Below are positions 42,285 through 51,626 of a stretch of DNA of 64,000 bases, one piece after another. How positions within the stretch are numbered: the stretch's first letter is position 1; the number at the start of each line of letters is the position of its first letter. The translations under genes were made by a program, and so were the position numbers. The DNA lies in assembly GCA_965200965.1 (NCBI GenBank), contig OZ241744.1, positions 2,144,001 through 2,208,000 on the forward strand, in the 5' to 3' direction. The notes beneath the pieces were generated by a model, which worked only from the letters and a program-made list of their open reading frames with translations, was not told the origin of the DNA and ran no database searches. This stretch comes from an uncultured Candidatus Binatia bacterium (GTDB lineage: Bacteria; Desulfobacterota; Binatia; Bin18).

Positions 42285-43421
42285 TCAGGCGGCCTGGGAA
42301 GCGGGTGCCGGCATGTTGGTCAGCGGCTGAGGCGTAACCAGCGGGGCGGTGTCCCACTTCTTGAGTTCGGGCAGGACGTGTTGAGCAAAACACCTGAGGC
42401 TGCGCTCGGCCTGGTCGTAGGGCATACCCGCGTAGCTCATGTTGCACATGATGCCGTTCATGTCGATCATGTTGCGCATATTTTCAATTTTGCGCAGCAC
42501 TTGGTCGGGCGTACCCCACGGCATCAGCTTGACAAAGTCCCTGGCTGCGCCGTCCATGCCGTGTTTGCTGATGTATGTGCCAACGTTGCTGTAGAACTCG
42601 TAGCCCTTATGCGTGCCGAAATGCTGGCCGGTCATTTCGTAGTGGCGCATAGCGGTATGGTAGTAGGCCCCAATCCACTTGTAGGCCTGCTCTTCGGCCC
42701 GCTTCTCGTCTTCGTCCACATAAAAGAAGCCCCCACACAGCGGCCGGGGCGGTGCGGAGTCGGCCCCGTACTCTTCCTTCCAGACCTTGTGGTAGACCTC
42801 AAAATCCTGCTGGACGACCTCCCAGGGCTTCTGCGGGATGACCAGCAGACCGATGCCGAGCTTGGCCATGATCGGCATTGACTCTGGCGACACCGCGGCA
42901 GCATAGGTGCGGCCCTCAAAAGAGTATTTGGGATAGGGGCGGATATCGCGGCGCGGCTGCCGGGTCTCCAGGCCTCCCTCCATATAGCCGTTTTTGAGGC
43001 CGTTCATGATCAGTTCTGCGTATTCAACAAAACGGTTGCGGCCCTCATTCTGGTCAATCCGAAAACCCTCATACTCAACCCGGGCCAAGCCCCGGCCAAA
43101 GCCCAGGATCATCCGGCCGTCCGACAGGTGGTCAAGCAGTGCGATCTGTTCGGCGACCCGGACCGGATCGTGCCACGGCAGAACGATGACCATGGTGCCG
43201 AGCTTCATGTGCCTGGTCTTGCCGGCCATGTAGGACAGAAACTGGACCGCATCCGGGCACATCGTGTAGTCGGTAAAGTGGTGCTCAATTGACCACACCG
43301 AGTCAAAACCCAGCGGCTCGGCCAGTTCGGCCAAACGCAGTTCCTCGTGGTACACTTCGGCGTCCGACAGCGCGTTGCCGGGATTCTGAAAAACCGGGGC
43401 ATAGCCAACATGTAACGACAT
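42285..43421 (-). CDS. LLM-class flavin-dependent oxidoreductase
   Basis: AEPLGFDSVWSIEHHF, LPWHDPVRVAEQ, GFGRG, GTPDQV. Confidence 0.92.
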   Translation of the reverse strand: MSLHVGYAPVFQNPGNALSDAEVYHEELRLAELAEPLGFDSVWSIEHHFTDYTMCPDAVQFLSYMAGKTRHMKLGTMVIVLPWHDPVRVAEQIALLDHLSDGRMILGFGRGLARVEYEGFRIDQNEGRNRFVEYAELIMNGLKNGYMEGGLETRQPRRDIRPYPKYSFEGRTYAAAVSPESMPIMAKLGIGLLVIPQKPWEVVQQDFEVYHKVWKEEYGADSAPPRPLCGGFFYVDEDEKRAEEQAYKWIGAYYHTAMRHYEMTGQHFGTHKGYEFYSNVGTYISKHGMDGAARDFVKLMPWGTPDQVLRKIENMRNMIDMNGIMCNMSYAGMPYDQAERSLRCFAQHVLPELKKWDTAPLVTPQPLTNMPAPASQAA

Positions 43422-43644
43422 AGTCTCCTCCTTGCGTCGCCTGTGCGGTGTGTCCTGTGCAGATTGCTCAGTTCGTATACGCTAGCGTGTATATGCCCGG
43501 CAGCCCGGTGTCAAGCAACACGGGGCTTGCCTGGATCGCACCAGAAAGGCTACAAGGACTCGACAGACTGATGGCCAAGCGTTCTCGAACGCACTGCAGG
43601 AACTCAGCGTACCTTTAGCGACAGGAAGAGAAAGGAGTACAACC

Positions 43645-44406
43645 ATGGCCGGTCAATTGGATGGAAAAGTTGCACTAGTCACTGGCGGCGGCTCGGGCAT
43701 CGGGCGGGCCACCTGCCTGGTAATGGCCCGAGAGGGGGCCAAGGTGGCGGTGGCCGATGTGGTGGTTGAGGGCGGACAGGAAACGGTCAGGCTGGTTGAG
43801 GAGGCCGGCGGCCAGGCGATCTGTATCCGGGCCGATGTGTCCCAAGCCTCCGAGGTGGAGGCGATGGTCAAACAGACGGTCGAGACCTATGGCCGGCTGG
43901 ACTGCGCCTTCAATAATGCCGGCATTGAGGGGCCGGTGTGCGCAACGCCCGAGTATACCGAGGAGGATTTTGACCAGGTGGTGGCCATTGACCTCAAGGG
44001 CGTATGGCTGTGCATGAAGTATGAGATCCCGCACATGCTGGAGGGCGGAGGCGGCGCAATTGTGAATACCGCCTCAGTTGCCGGCCTGGTCGGTTTTCAG
44101 GGTTTATCGGCCTATGTGGCCAGCAAGCACGGGGTGAACGGCCTGACCAAAACGGCCGCCCTGGAGTACGCCAAAGACGGCATCCGGGTCAATGCCGTGT
44201 GTCCAGGGGTGATTGAAACGCCGATGGTCAGACGGGCTTTTGCCAAAAGCCCCGCTATGGAAGAGGGCGTGGCCACGGCCGAGCCGATCGGACGGCTTGG
44301 CCAGCCGCAGGAGATTGCCGAGGCGGTGGTGTGGCTGTGTTCTGACGCCGCCTCGTTTGTGACCGGCCTGCCGATGGCGGTGGACGGCGGCCTGATCGCC
44401 CAGTAG
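43645..44406 (+). CDS. Short-chain dehydrogenase/reductase, close paralogue of 26702..27463
   Basis: TGGGSGIG, NNAG, YVASKHG. Confidence 0.95.
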   Translation: MAGQLDGKVALVTGGGSGIGRATCLVMAREGAKVAVADVVVEGGQETVRLVEEAGGQAICIRADVSQASEVEAMVKQTVETYGRLDCAFNNAGIEGPVCATPEYTEEDFDQVVAIDLKGVWLCMKYEIPHMLEGGGGAIVNTASVAGLVGFQGLSAYVASKHGVNGLTKTAALEYAKDGIRVNAVCPGVIETPMVRRAFAKSPAMEEGVATAEPIGRLGQPQEIAEAVVWLCSDAASFVTGLPMAVDGGLIAQ

Positions 44407-44485
44407 CCCTGCGCTCACCCCCATGACAAGCCCCTGCCTGTGTCGGGCGTCTGTGTTGACATTATGCTGACGACAGGAGGACCGC

Positions 44486-44736
44486 ATGAACGACCCCGCC
44501 TGGTTCCAAGCCTCTGCTGCCTGGACGATCGGACTGTTGCGACTGGGCTGATTGGCTGGGGTCTGTGGCAAATGCGCATGTCATCCCGCGAGCGAAACCG
44601 TCAATTGGACCTCATGGCCGCCACACAGGCCGGGCACAGCCAAGTGCTGACGGCTATTGCAGCGCACTGTACCACACACAGACAGTTTAACATTGACCCG
44701 ACAAGGGTCTTTGTGAACTGCGGCTCGCCCGTATGA
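44486..44736 (+). pseudogene. Frameshifted small single-TM protein gene, related to the array family
   Basis: AGGAGG RBS; MNDPAWFQASAAWTIGLL runs to TGA at 44549; a 1-nt shift near 44540 restores GLIGWGLWQMRMSSRERNRQLD; 3' end uncertain. Confidence 0.55.
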
Positions 44737-45773
44737 ACACCGCCAACAATTCGCCGCCGGCGTCCGACCCGGCTGAGGCCGCGGCCTGGATCGAGTTCTA
44801 TTATCGCCAGGGCTGGAGCGACGGTCTGCCCCTCGTCCCGCCGACCGAAGCCTCGGTCCGGGCCATGCTGAACGCCGGCCGACTCAGCCCTGAGGATATC
44901 CTTGGCGCAATTCCAGAACGTAACGCCCGGATTCCGGCTGAAAAGGTCGCCATTAGCGCGGTCATGGCCGGCTGCCTGCCGGACTACTTCCCGGTTGTAG
45001 TGGCCGCGGTCAGCGCCCTGTGTCATCCAGACTTTGCCTACCACAACCCAGCCACCAGCACCGGCGGCTCGGCCCTGGCCCTTATCGTCAACGGCCCTAT
45101 CGGTCCGGCCCTGGGCATCAACGCAGGGAACAACCTGTTCGGCCCCGGCCATCGCCCGAATGCCACCATCGGACGGGCGCTCAGACTGGTGATGATGAAT
45201 GTCCTGAATACCAGACCCGGCCTGCTGGACCGGGCCACACTCGGCCACCCCGGCAAATACACCCTGTGTTTTGCCGAAGACGAGGCCAATACGCCGTGGC
45301 ACCCACTTCACATTGAGCGCGGCTTTCAGCCCCACGACAGCACGGTCACGCTGTACGCCTCCAATAGCCTGAGCGGTGTCTACAACCAGCTGGCCAGCCG
45401 GCCGGAGCCCCTCTTGCTGGAGTTTGCCGACGCGGTATGCAACCTGGCCACACCCAATGTCTACGGCTTCAACCAGACCTTGCTTGTTCTGGCCGGCGAA
45501 CACACCGAGGTGCTGGCCAAGAGCGGCTGGAGCAAACGCCAGACCCGGGAGTTTGTGGTCCAACACGCCCGCCGGACAGTGGCCGACTTTAAGCGGGCAG
45601 CGCGGCTGCCCGGGCCGATTACGCCGGACGACGAAACCACCTGGCGGTATGTCATGCGCCGGCCCGAAGACCTGCTCATTGTGTGTGCAGGCGGCCGGGC
45701 CGGGAGCTGGTCGGCCTGCCTGCCCGGCTGGGGGAATAAATGGACCCGGAGTATTACCGTCCCGATTGCATAA
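44733..45773 (+). CDS. Conserved protein of the family that accompanies UGSC (seleno)proteins
   Basis: GWSDGLPLVPPT, AVMAGCLPDYFPVV, RPNATIGRALRL, GHPGKY..CFAE; directly upstream of the UGSC gene. Confidence 0.8.
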   Translation: MNTANNSPPASDPAEAAAWIEFYYRQGWSDGLPLVPPTEASVRAMLNAGRLSPEDILGAIPERNARIPAEKVAISAVMAGCLPDYFPVVVAAVSALCHPDFAYHNPATSTGGSALALIVNGPIGPALGINAGNNLFGPGHRPNATIGRALRLVMMNVLNTRPGLLDRATLGHPGKYTLCFAEDEANTPWHPLHIERGFQPHDSTVTLYASNSLSGVYNQLASRPEPLLLEFADAVCNLATPNVYGFNQTLLVLAGEHTEVLAKSGWSKRQTREFVVQHARRTVADFKRAARLPGPITPDDETTWRYVMRRPEDLLIVCAGGRAGSWSACLPGWGNKWTRSITVPIA

Positions 45774-45790
45774 ACCACAGGAGGACCGCC

Positions 45791-46384
45791 ATGCCTCGTA
45801 CAGTATTTGATCCCACCGTCTCGCCCCAACACCCGGCCGGAAAAGATAGTGGCGATGACCAATCCCCGGGCAGGGAGATATCACCGCCCTCTTTTTCCTA
45901 TGCCCCACGGCCCCGCTCGCTGGACGGGCTGCGGCTCGGCCTGGTCGAAAACACCAAGTTCAACTCTGCTGTCCTGCTGCTGAAAATTGCCGAGCGTTTA
46001 CACAATCGCCACGGCATGAGCATGATCCATCTGGACCGTAAAAAATCGTCCGGCCATAGCCTGAGTGACGAAGCCCTGGGGCTGTTTCAGCAGCGGGCCG
46101 ACCTTGTGCTGGCCGGGGTCGGCGATTGAGGCTCGTGCAGTTCGAGCAGTGTGCTCGACGGTATCAAACTGGAGCAAGTCGGCATCCCCGCGGTGGCCAT
46201 TATCACCCAGCCGTTTATCGCCACCGGCCAGGCCATGGCCAAAAACTGGGGCGCGCCAGACTATGCGTTTGTCGTCACCCCCCATCCGATCGCCAATCTG
46301 AACCAGGCCGGGCTGGACGCCAGGGCGGACGAGCTGACCGACCAGGTACTCGCATTTCTGGGCCGGGACATGCCGGCGCATTGA
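45791..46384 (+). CDS. UGSC-family selenoprotein (Sec at TGA 46127-46129), 197 aa
   Basis: ORFs 45740..46129 and 46151..46384 are in the same frame; read-through gives LVLAGVGD-U-GSCSSSSVLDGIKLEQVGIPAVAII; AGGAGG RBS before ATG 45791. Confidence 0.88.
46140..46159 (+). promoter_or_regulatory. Putative bacterial SECIS element
   Basis: G-[T bulge]-TCGAGCA-GTG-TGCTCGA-C hairpin starting at the 11th nt after the TGA, G in the apical loop. Confidence 0.7.
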
Positions 46385-46389
46385 CCAGC

Positions 46390-47178
46390 ATGGAAGAGAA
46401 GACTCAACCTGGTTTCGCATGGGGCCGGGCAGCTGTGGCACTCCTGGCTGTGCTGATGCTCGCCAGCGCCGGTCCGGCCAGTGCCGGAGACGACGAGGCC
46501 GCCTTTGACTGGACGGAGCTCTATGCCGGCGGTTTTGGCGGCTTCGGGCGGACCGGCAATGAAATTGTCGATATCGACGGATTCTCGAACTGGGGCCAGC
46601 CCGGCTGGTCGGTTGATTACGACGATATCGGGGGCGTCGGGGGGGTGCTGCTCGGCAAGAAGTTCGCCCTCGGTCCCATCCCGCTCAGGCTTGAACTTGA
46701 CAGCACCTTCGGCAGCCTGGCCGCGGACACCAACAGGCTTGACCCGCAGGGCCGGGACGAAACGGCGAAAGCAAAATTTCGCTGGATCGCCACCGCGCGC
46801 GCCGGGCTTGAGCACACCATCGGCCCGGTGACGCTGTTCGTCAGCGGCGGGCTGTCGCTGGCCGGCATCGCCAACTCGGTCACGGATATTGATTTCGGCC
46901 CGAACCTGCCGACGCGGAAAGACCCCGACGACTCCTTCCACAGCTCCTCAACCGAGCTCGGCTGGGTTATCGGCGGGGGGATTGAAGCCCCGCTGGCCGC
47001 GGCCTGGACCTTGCGGCTGGAAGGCTCATATCTGGATTTCGGGCGGAGCATCTACCCGGTGAACCGCTCGGGCAACAACCGTTGCGGGCCGGGCAACCCT
47101 CGCCGGTCGTGCCCCTATGCGGTTGAGAACGAGCTTGGCGTCATACGCCTGGCGATCATTCGCCGCTTTGACTGGTAG
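46390..47178 (+). CDS. Outer-membrane beta-barrel protein (Omp25/RopB-like porin family)
   Basis: Signal peptide, FDWTELYAGGFGGFG, GWVIGGGIE, WTLRLEGSYLDFG, aromatic C-terminus; likely start ATG 46390. Confidence 0.82.
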   Translation: MEEKTQPGFAWGRAAVALLAVLMLASAGPASAGDDEAAFDWTELYAGGFGGFGRTGNEIVDIDGFSNWGQPGWSVDYDDIGGVGGVLLGKKFALGPIPLRLELDSTFGSLAADTNRLDPQGRDETAKAKFRWIATARAGLEHTIGPVTLFVSGGLSLAGIANSVTDIDFGPNLPTRKDPDDSFHSSSTELGWVIGGGIEAPLAAAWTLRLEGSYLDFGRSIYPVNRSGNNRCGPGNPRRSCPYAVENELGVIRLAIIRRFDW

Positions 47179-47219
47179 GCCGGGCTGCGGCTCGCCCGGC
47201 GCACCCAACCCGCTTCCGC

Positions 47220-48350
47220 CTATTCCATGCGGTACAGCCTGATGGCGTTATCGGCCACAATTTTTTGCGTGATATGGTCGGGGACCTTGGCGAAGTCCTT
47301 CTGAATTACCGCTTGCGACTCAGGCCAAGTCGAGTCGGTATGCGGGAAGTCAGAGGCCCACATGTAATTGTCTGCGCCAAAATACTCCCAGGTTGAGGGA
47401 CCGATGGGGTCGTCCTGGAAGGTCGCGTACATCTGCCGCCTGATATACTCGCTGGGTGCCATGGGCAGGGAGTCTTTGTCAAAATAGCGGAACTTCTCCC
47501 AGGCATGGTCGGCCCGATACATATAGTGCGGCAACCAGCCGGTGTCATTCTCGGCCGACACAATCAGCAGCTTGGGAAAGCGCTCCAGGACGCCGCCCAG
47601 AATAATATCGGTAATTGACTGCTGCACCTCGTGGATCAGGCGCATGTACACGCTCTGGCGTCCGCTGCGGACCACGTTGGCGGGCGGACGTTGCCCGGTG
47701 TTTTTCTTTTCCCGGTTGCCCTTTTTGCTGGTGACGACATGCAGGCTGACCGGCATGTGCAAATCCTGGGCCGCGGCCCAGAAGGAATCGTACTCAGGGC
47801 TGCTATACGGCTTTTCGCGCGGCGGCGACCCCCAGATCATGGCCCCCCGCATCCCGTTTTTTGCCCCCCGCTCAAGCTCCCGCACCCCAGCCTGCATGTC
47901 TTCAAGCGAAATCAGGGAGATGCCGAACAGGCGTTTCGGGTCATAGCGACAGAACTCGCTCAGCCAATCGTTATAGGCCGCAAAACACGCCTGCTGAAAC
48001 TCAGCGTCGTCCAGGCCGAACAGCGACATGCCGAGCGTGGTGTACAACACCTCGGCCTCAACCCCGTCAATGTCCTGGTCTTTGATCCGCTCGGCCGGAT
48101 CCCAGCCGCTCGGCCGGGCACCCTCGTAGCCCTTCTCCCAGGCTTTGGGCAGGTCTTCCGGTTTATTGCCGGCGGCAAATCCACCCGCCACCGGAAACGG
48201 CCGGAGACCCTCAACATGGAAGAAATGGCCCTTCTTGCCGTTATAGCCCTCAATAACCCGGGGCGCTCTGTCCCGATATTTTGCATCCAGGCGGGTCTGC
48301 CACAGGTCGGCCGGCTCCATCATATGCGAATCCGCAGATACCACGCGCAT
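47220..48350 (-). CDS. Amidohydrolase_2 family protein
   Basis: VSADSHMMEP, DQDIDGVEAEVLY, MWASDFPHTDSTWP; ATG 48350 after AAGGAGG. Confidence 0.92.
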   Translation of the reverse strand: MRVVSADSHMMEPADLWQTRLDAKYRDRAPRVIEGYNGKKGHFFHVEGLRPFPVAGGFAAGNKPEDLPKAWEKGYEGARPSGWDPAERIKDQDIDGVEAEVLYTTLGMSLFGLDDAEFQQACFAAYNDWLSEFCRYDPKRLFGISLISLEDMQAGVRELERGAKNGMRGAMIWGSPPREKPYSSPEYDSFWAAAQDLHMPVSLHVVTSKKGNREKKNTGQRPPANVVRSGRQSVYMRLIHEVQQSITDIILGGVLERFPKLLIVSAENDTGWLPHYMYRADHAWEKFRYFDKDSLPMAPSEYIRRQMYATFQDDPIGPSTWEYFGADNYMWASDFPHTDSTWPESQAVIQKDFAKVPDHITQKIVADNAIRLYRME

Positions 48351-48363
48351 GTGTTTGCCTCCT

Positions 48364-48383
48364 TTGTGTACAATTGTGTACAA
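48364..48383. promoter_or_regulatory. Tandem near-palindromic operator-like site (TTGTGTACAA x2)
   Basis: Exact 10-mer duplication in the divergent intergenic region, abutting the amidohydrolase RBS. Confidence 0.45.
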
Positions 48384-48490
48384 TAGTGTCAGCCAGAGAC
48401 CTCAGCCTCCACGGTCTCGGTGGCCATTGTCTGCCCAGCCCTCGCGGTTTGTCAAGAAGCTGCCAAGCTGGGGCGACAAGGAGGAAGCGT

Positions 48491-49516
48491 ATGGATTTTG
48501 GTCTGCTGATGCCGTTTCAAAACCCGGCCCGTTGGGCGCGGCCATTTCCAGAACTGTACCAACGGTACCTCGAAGACATCGTTGCGGCCGAGCAACTCGG
48601 CTACGATACGATCTGGCTGACCGAACATCATTTTGACCAGGACGGCTGGTCGCCTTCTTTACTGCCGCTCGCCGCCGGGATTGCGACCCGCACGCAACGG
48701 ATTCGGATCGGCACCTGTATTCTGATTCTGCCGTTTCAGAACGCGCTGCGCGTGGCCGAGGATGCGACCACGGTTGATATTCTGTCAAACGGTCGTTTTG
48801 ACCTTGGCCTGGGCAAGGGCTACCGGGTCAACGAGTTTGCCGGCTTTGGCATCCCCCGCCAGACCCGCAGCGCCCAACTTGAAGAGGGACTCGAGGTCAT
48901 CCAAAAAGCCTGGACCGGGAAGCAATTCTCGTATGCCGGCGACTATTACCAGTTGCACGATGTTGAGCTTACCCCGCGCCCGGTTCAAACGCCCCATCCA
49001 CCGATCTGGATCGGGGCCCGGGGCAGGCGGGCGGTCGAGCGTGCCGCCCGGATGGGTTTTCACCTGATTGGGACCGGCGAGGTTGAACAGCAGCGGGCCT
49101 ATGACCGGGAGCTTGAGCGTCAGGGGCGCAGTCCCAGAGACTACTACCTGTGTCAGCTACGCTGGGTGTATGTTGCCCCCACCCGCGAACAAGCCTGGCA
49201 GGAAGTCGGCGAACACCTGCATTACCTGTTCAGTTCGGCTTTTCCGCTGTTGAAAAAAGCCGGAGACCTGCCCGCCGACCGGGCCATGTCAGCACTCCCC
49301 AGCCTGAAACAGTTGCGCCACGTTGACCCGACCATTCCGGGTGGGACGCCGATTGTCGGGACGCCGGACGACTGCATTCGGGCGATTGAACGCTACCAGC
49401 GGGAAACCCGGGTGAGCCATTTGGCTATGGGTATGCATCTGCCCGGCTTGGCATCAGAAAAAGTGCTGGGCAGCCTTGAGCTGTTCGCCCGTCAGGTCAT
49501 GCCCCGGTTCCGCTGA
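48491..49516 (+). CDS. LLM-class flavin-dependent oxidoreductase
   Basis: GYDTIWLTEHHF, RVAEDATTVDILSNGRFDLGLGKGY, P.PVQ.PHPPIW. Confidence 0.92.
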   Translation: MDFGLLMPFQNPARWARPFPELYQRYLEDIVAAEQLGYDTIWLTEHHFDQDGWSPSLLPLAAGIATRTQRIRIGTCILILPFQNALRVAEDATTVDILSNGRFDLGLGKGYRVNEFAGFGIPRQTRSAQLEEGLEVIQKAWTGKQFSYAGDYYQLHDVELTPRPVQTPHPPIWIGARGRRAVERAARMGFHLIGTGEVEQQRAYDRELERQGRSPRDYYLCQLRWVYVAPTREQAWQEVGEHLHYLFSSAFPLLKKAGDLPADRAMSALPSLKQLRHVDPTIPGGTPIVGTPDDCIRAIERYQRETRVSHLAMGMHLPGLASEKVLGSLELFARQVMPRFR

Positions 49517-49626
49517 TATAAAGTGAACACTCATTCAGAAGACCCCCCGGGCGCTCTTGCTGAGGCAGAAAAAACATGCCATGCAGAGCCAGACATTTTC
49601 GTGCAGAAATTTTTTGGCGATATCGC

Positions 49627-49656
49627 TTGACATCTGACACAACTGTGGAGTATGCC
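49627..49656 (+). promoter_or_regulatory. Putative sigma70 promoter
   Basis: TTGACA-N18-TATGCC, about 45 nt upstream of ATG 49701. Confidence 0.4.
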
Positions 49657-49700
49657 GAGGGTACGGCATTCCCGAAACATCCAACAGAAGGAGGGTAGCT

Positions 49701-51443
49701 ATGCCACAGTTCGACACTATCGTGAAGGGCGGGACCGTTGTCGATGGGACAAAGGTGCCGCGTTACCAGGCCGACATTGGTATCAAAGACGGCAAAATTG
49801 CCGAAATCGGCAAACTGAACGCCAGCGATGCCAAGAAAGTCGTTGACGCCAGCGGGCAGATCGTGGCCCCGGGCTTTATTGACCTCCACACCCACTACGA
49901 CGCCCAACTCCACTGGGACCCCTATTGCACCATCGGCAGTTGGCACGGCGTCACCACCGTCACCATCGGCAACTGTGGCTTTGGCTTTGCCCCGCTGCGG
50001 TCCCAAGATGCCGACCGGGCCATGCTCGCCCTGTCCCGGACCGAGGCCATCCCACTGGAACCCATGCGGGTATCGATGAAGGTCGATTGGGAGACCTTCC
50101 CCCAATACATGGAGCGGCTGTCGCGGATGCCGCTCGGCGTCAACATCTCGCATCTGTTTCCGATTGCACCGGCGGTGGCGTATGTGATGGGCGGCTTTGA
50201 CGATGCCAAGAAGCGCTTCCCCAACAAGGCAGAGATGGACACCATCATCGGCCACTACAAGGAAGCGGTGCAGGCCGGGGCGGCTGGCTGGTCAGCTCAG
50301 CGCCTGGTGCCCGAAGGTCGGGCGTCGGTGCAGCGCGACTACGACGGCACGCCGATGATTACAGACATTTTGCCCGACGAGTTCTACCTGGACATGGCCC
50401 AGGCGATGAACGAGGTCGGCCAGGGCTGCATCCAGTTCACCCAATCGGGCGCTGCCGATAGCTCCTTTGGCGTTGAGGACGACTTCAAATTCCTGGAAAA
50501 AATGACCAAGACCGCCGGTCGGCCGCTGCTCTACAACGCCATCCTGATCAGCGACAAACACCCCGAATCGCACAAGGCTCAGCTCGATTGGGTCAACTCC
50601 GCCAACGAGCGCGGTGCCCGCGTCTTTGGGCAGGCCGTCACCGCCCGTGCCCCGGTGCGCATGACCCTCGAAGACTGGAACCTGTTTGACAGCGTGCCGG
50701 CCTGGAAGGAAGCCACCATTGGCACGGTCGAAGAGCGCAAAGCCAAGCTGTCCAAGCCCGAACTGCGGGCCGAGATGCGCGAAGACTACGACAAGGGCGG
50801 CATGGAGACCTTGAATGTGGTCTTTGGCGAATTCGACAAGTTCATCGCCCGCAAGGTGAAGAACACCGACCTCAAGCTGAAATACGAAGGCATGTCAGTG
50901 CAGCAGATCGCCGAAGCCGAAGGCAAGCACGTCATTGACGCCATGCTCGACCTGTCGGTGGCCGACGACCTGCGGACCGAGTGGGCCGGCCCGGTCGCCA
51001 ACGCGAACATCGAGGGCTACAAAGAACTGATGGGCTCGCCCTACACCATGCCAGGTGTGTCAGACGGCGGGGCGCATGTGAAGTTCATCACCCCGGCGAT
51101 CTACCCGACCGAAGTGCTGTCCTGGCTCGTTCGTGAGACCGGCACACTGTCGCTGGAAGAGGCTCACTTCCGCCTGAGCGGTATGATGGCCTGGGCGGCC
51201 GGCATCAAAGACCGTGGCACACTGCGCCCGGGGATGGCTGCCGATATGGTGATCTACGACATCAACACCGTCAACGCGGCCGAAGGCGAGATCGTCCATG
51301 ACCTGCCGGCCAACGAATGGCGGCGCGTCCAGCGGGCCGAAGGCTACAAGCACATCATGGTCAACGGCGAAGTGACCTTCAACGACGGCCAGTGCTCCGG
51401 GGCCACCTCCGGTGCTCTGCTGTACAACGGCGCGGCTCGCTAG
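49701..51443 (+). CDS. N-acyl-D-amino-acid deacylase-like amidohydrolase, paralogue of 22812..24554
   Basis: PGFIDLHTHYDAQ, GVTTVTIGNCG, SDGGAH. Confidence 0.9.
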   Translation: MPQFDTIVKGGTVVDGTKVPRYQADIGIKDGKIAEIGKLNASDAKKVVDASGQIVAPGFIDLHTHYDAQLHWDPYCTIGSWHGVTTVTIGNCGFGFAPLRSQDADRAMLALSRTEAIPLEPMRVSMKVDWETFPQYMERLSRMPLGVNISHLFPIAPAVAYVMGGFDDAKKRFPNKAEMDTIIGHYKEAVQAGAAGWSAQRLVPEGRASVQRDYDGTPMITDILPDEFYLDMAQAMNEVGQGCIQFTQSGAADSSFGVEDDFKFLEKMTKTAGRPLLYNAILISDKHPESHKAQLDWVNSANERGARVFGQAVTARAPVRMTLEDWNLFDSVPAWKEATIGTVEERKAKLSKPELRAEMREDYDKGGMETLNVVFGEFDKFIARKVKNTDLKLKYEGMSVQQIAEAEGKHVIDAMLDLSVADDLRTEWAGPVANANIEGYKELMGSPYTMPGVSDGGAHVKFITPAIYPTEVLSWLVRETGTLSLEEAHFRLSGMMAWAAGIKDRGTLRPGMAADMVIYDINTVNAAEGEIVHDLPANEWRRVQRAEGYKHIMVNGEVTFNDGQCSGATSGALLYNGAAR

Positions 51444-51494
51444 GCTGACAGACCCCACCGATCGGTCCTCAACGGAGGACCCGTTGTTCAACCG

Positions 51495-51529
51495 GGCGGC
51501 AGGGCACTATGCTCTGCCGCCTTTTCTTT
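51495..51529 (+). terminator. Intrinsic terminator
   Basis: GGCGGCAGGGCA-CTA-TGCTCTGCCGCC (one G.U pair) followed by TTTTCTTT. Confidence 0.75.
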
Positions 51530-51626
51530 GCTGGATCACACAGCTTGACATTCAGCCCGGTTGCCCATTCTTTGTTCACGTCCCGGGCGAGACGCTGCAA
51601 GCACCCAAGTAAAAGATGGAGAAGTC

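Noticed and set aside
46126-46389. 350-aa ORF start at 46126 and separate 129-aa and 77-aa ORFs
   Set aside because: The N-terminal extension overlaps the selenoprotein in another frame and the signal peptide begins at ATG 46390. The two short ORFs are better explained as one recoded gene.
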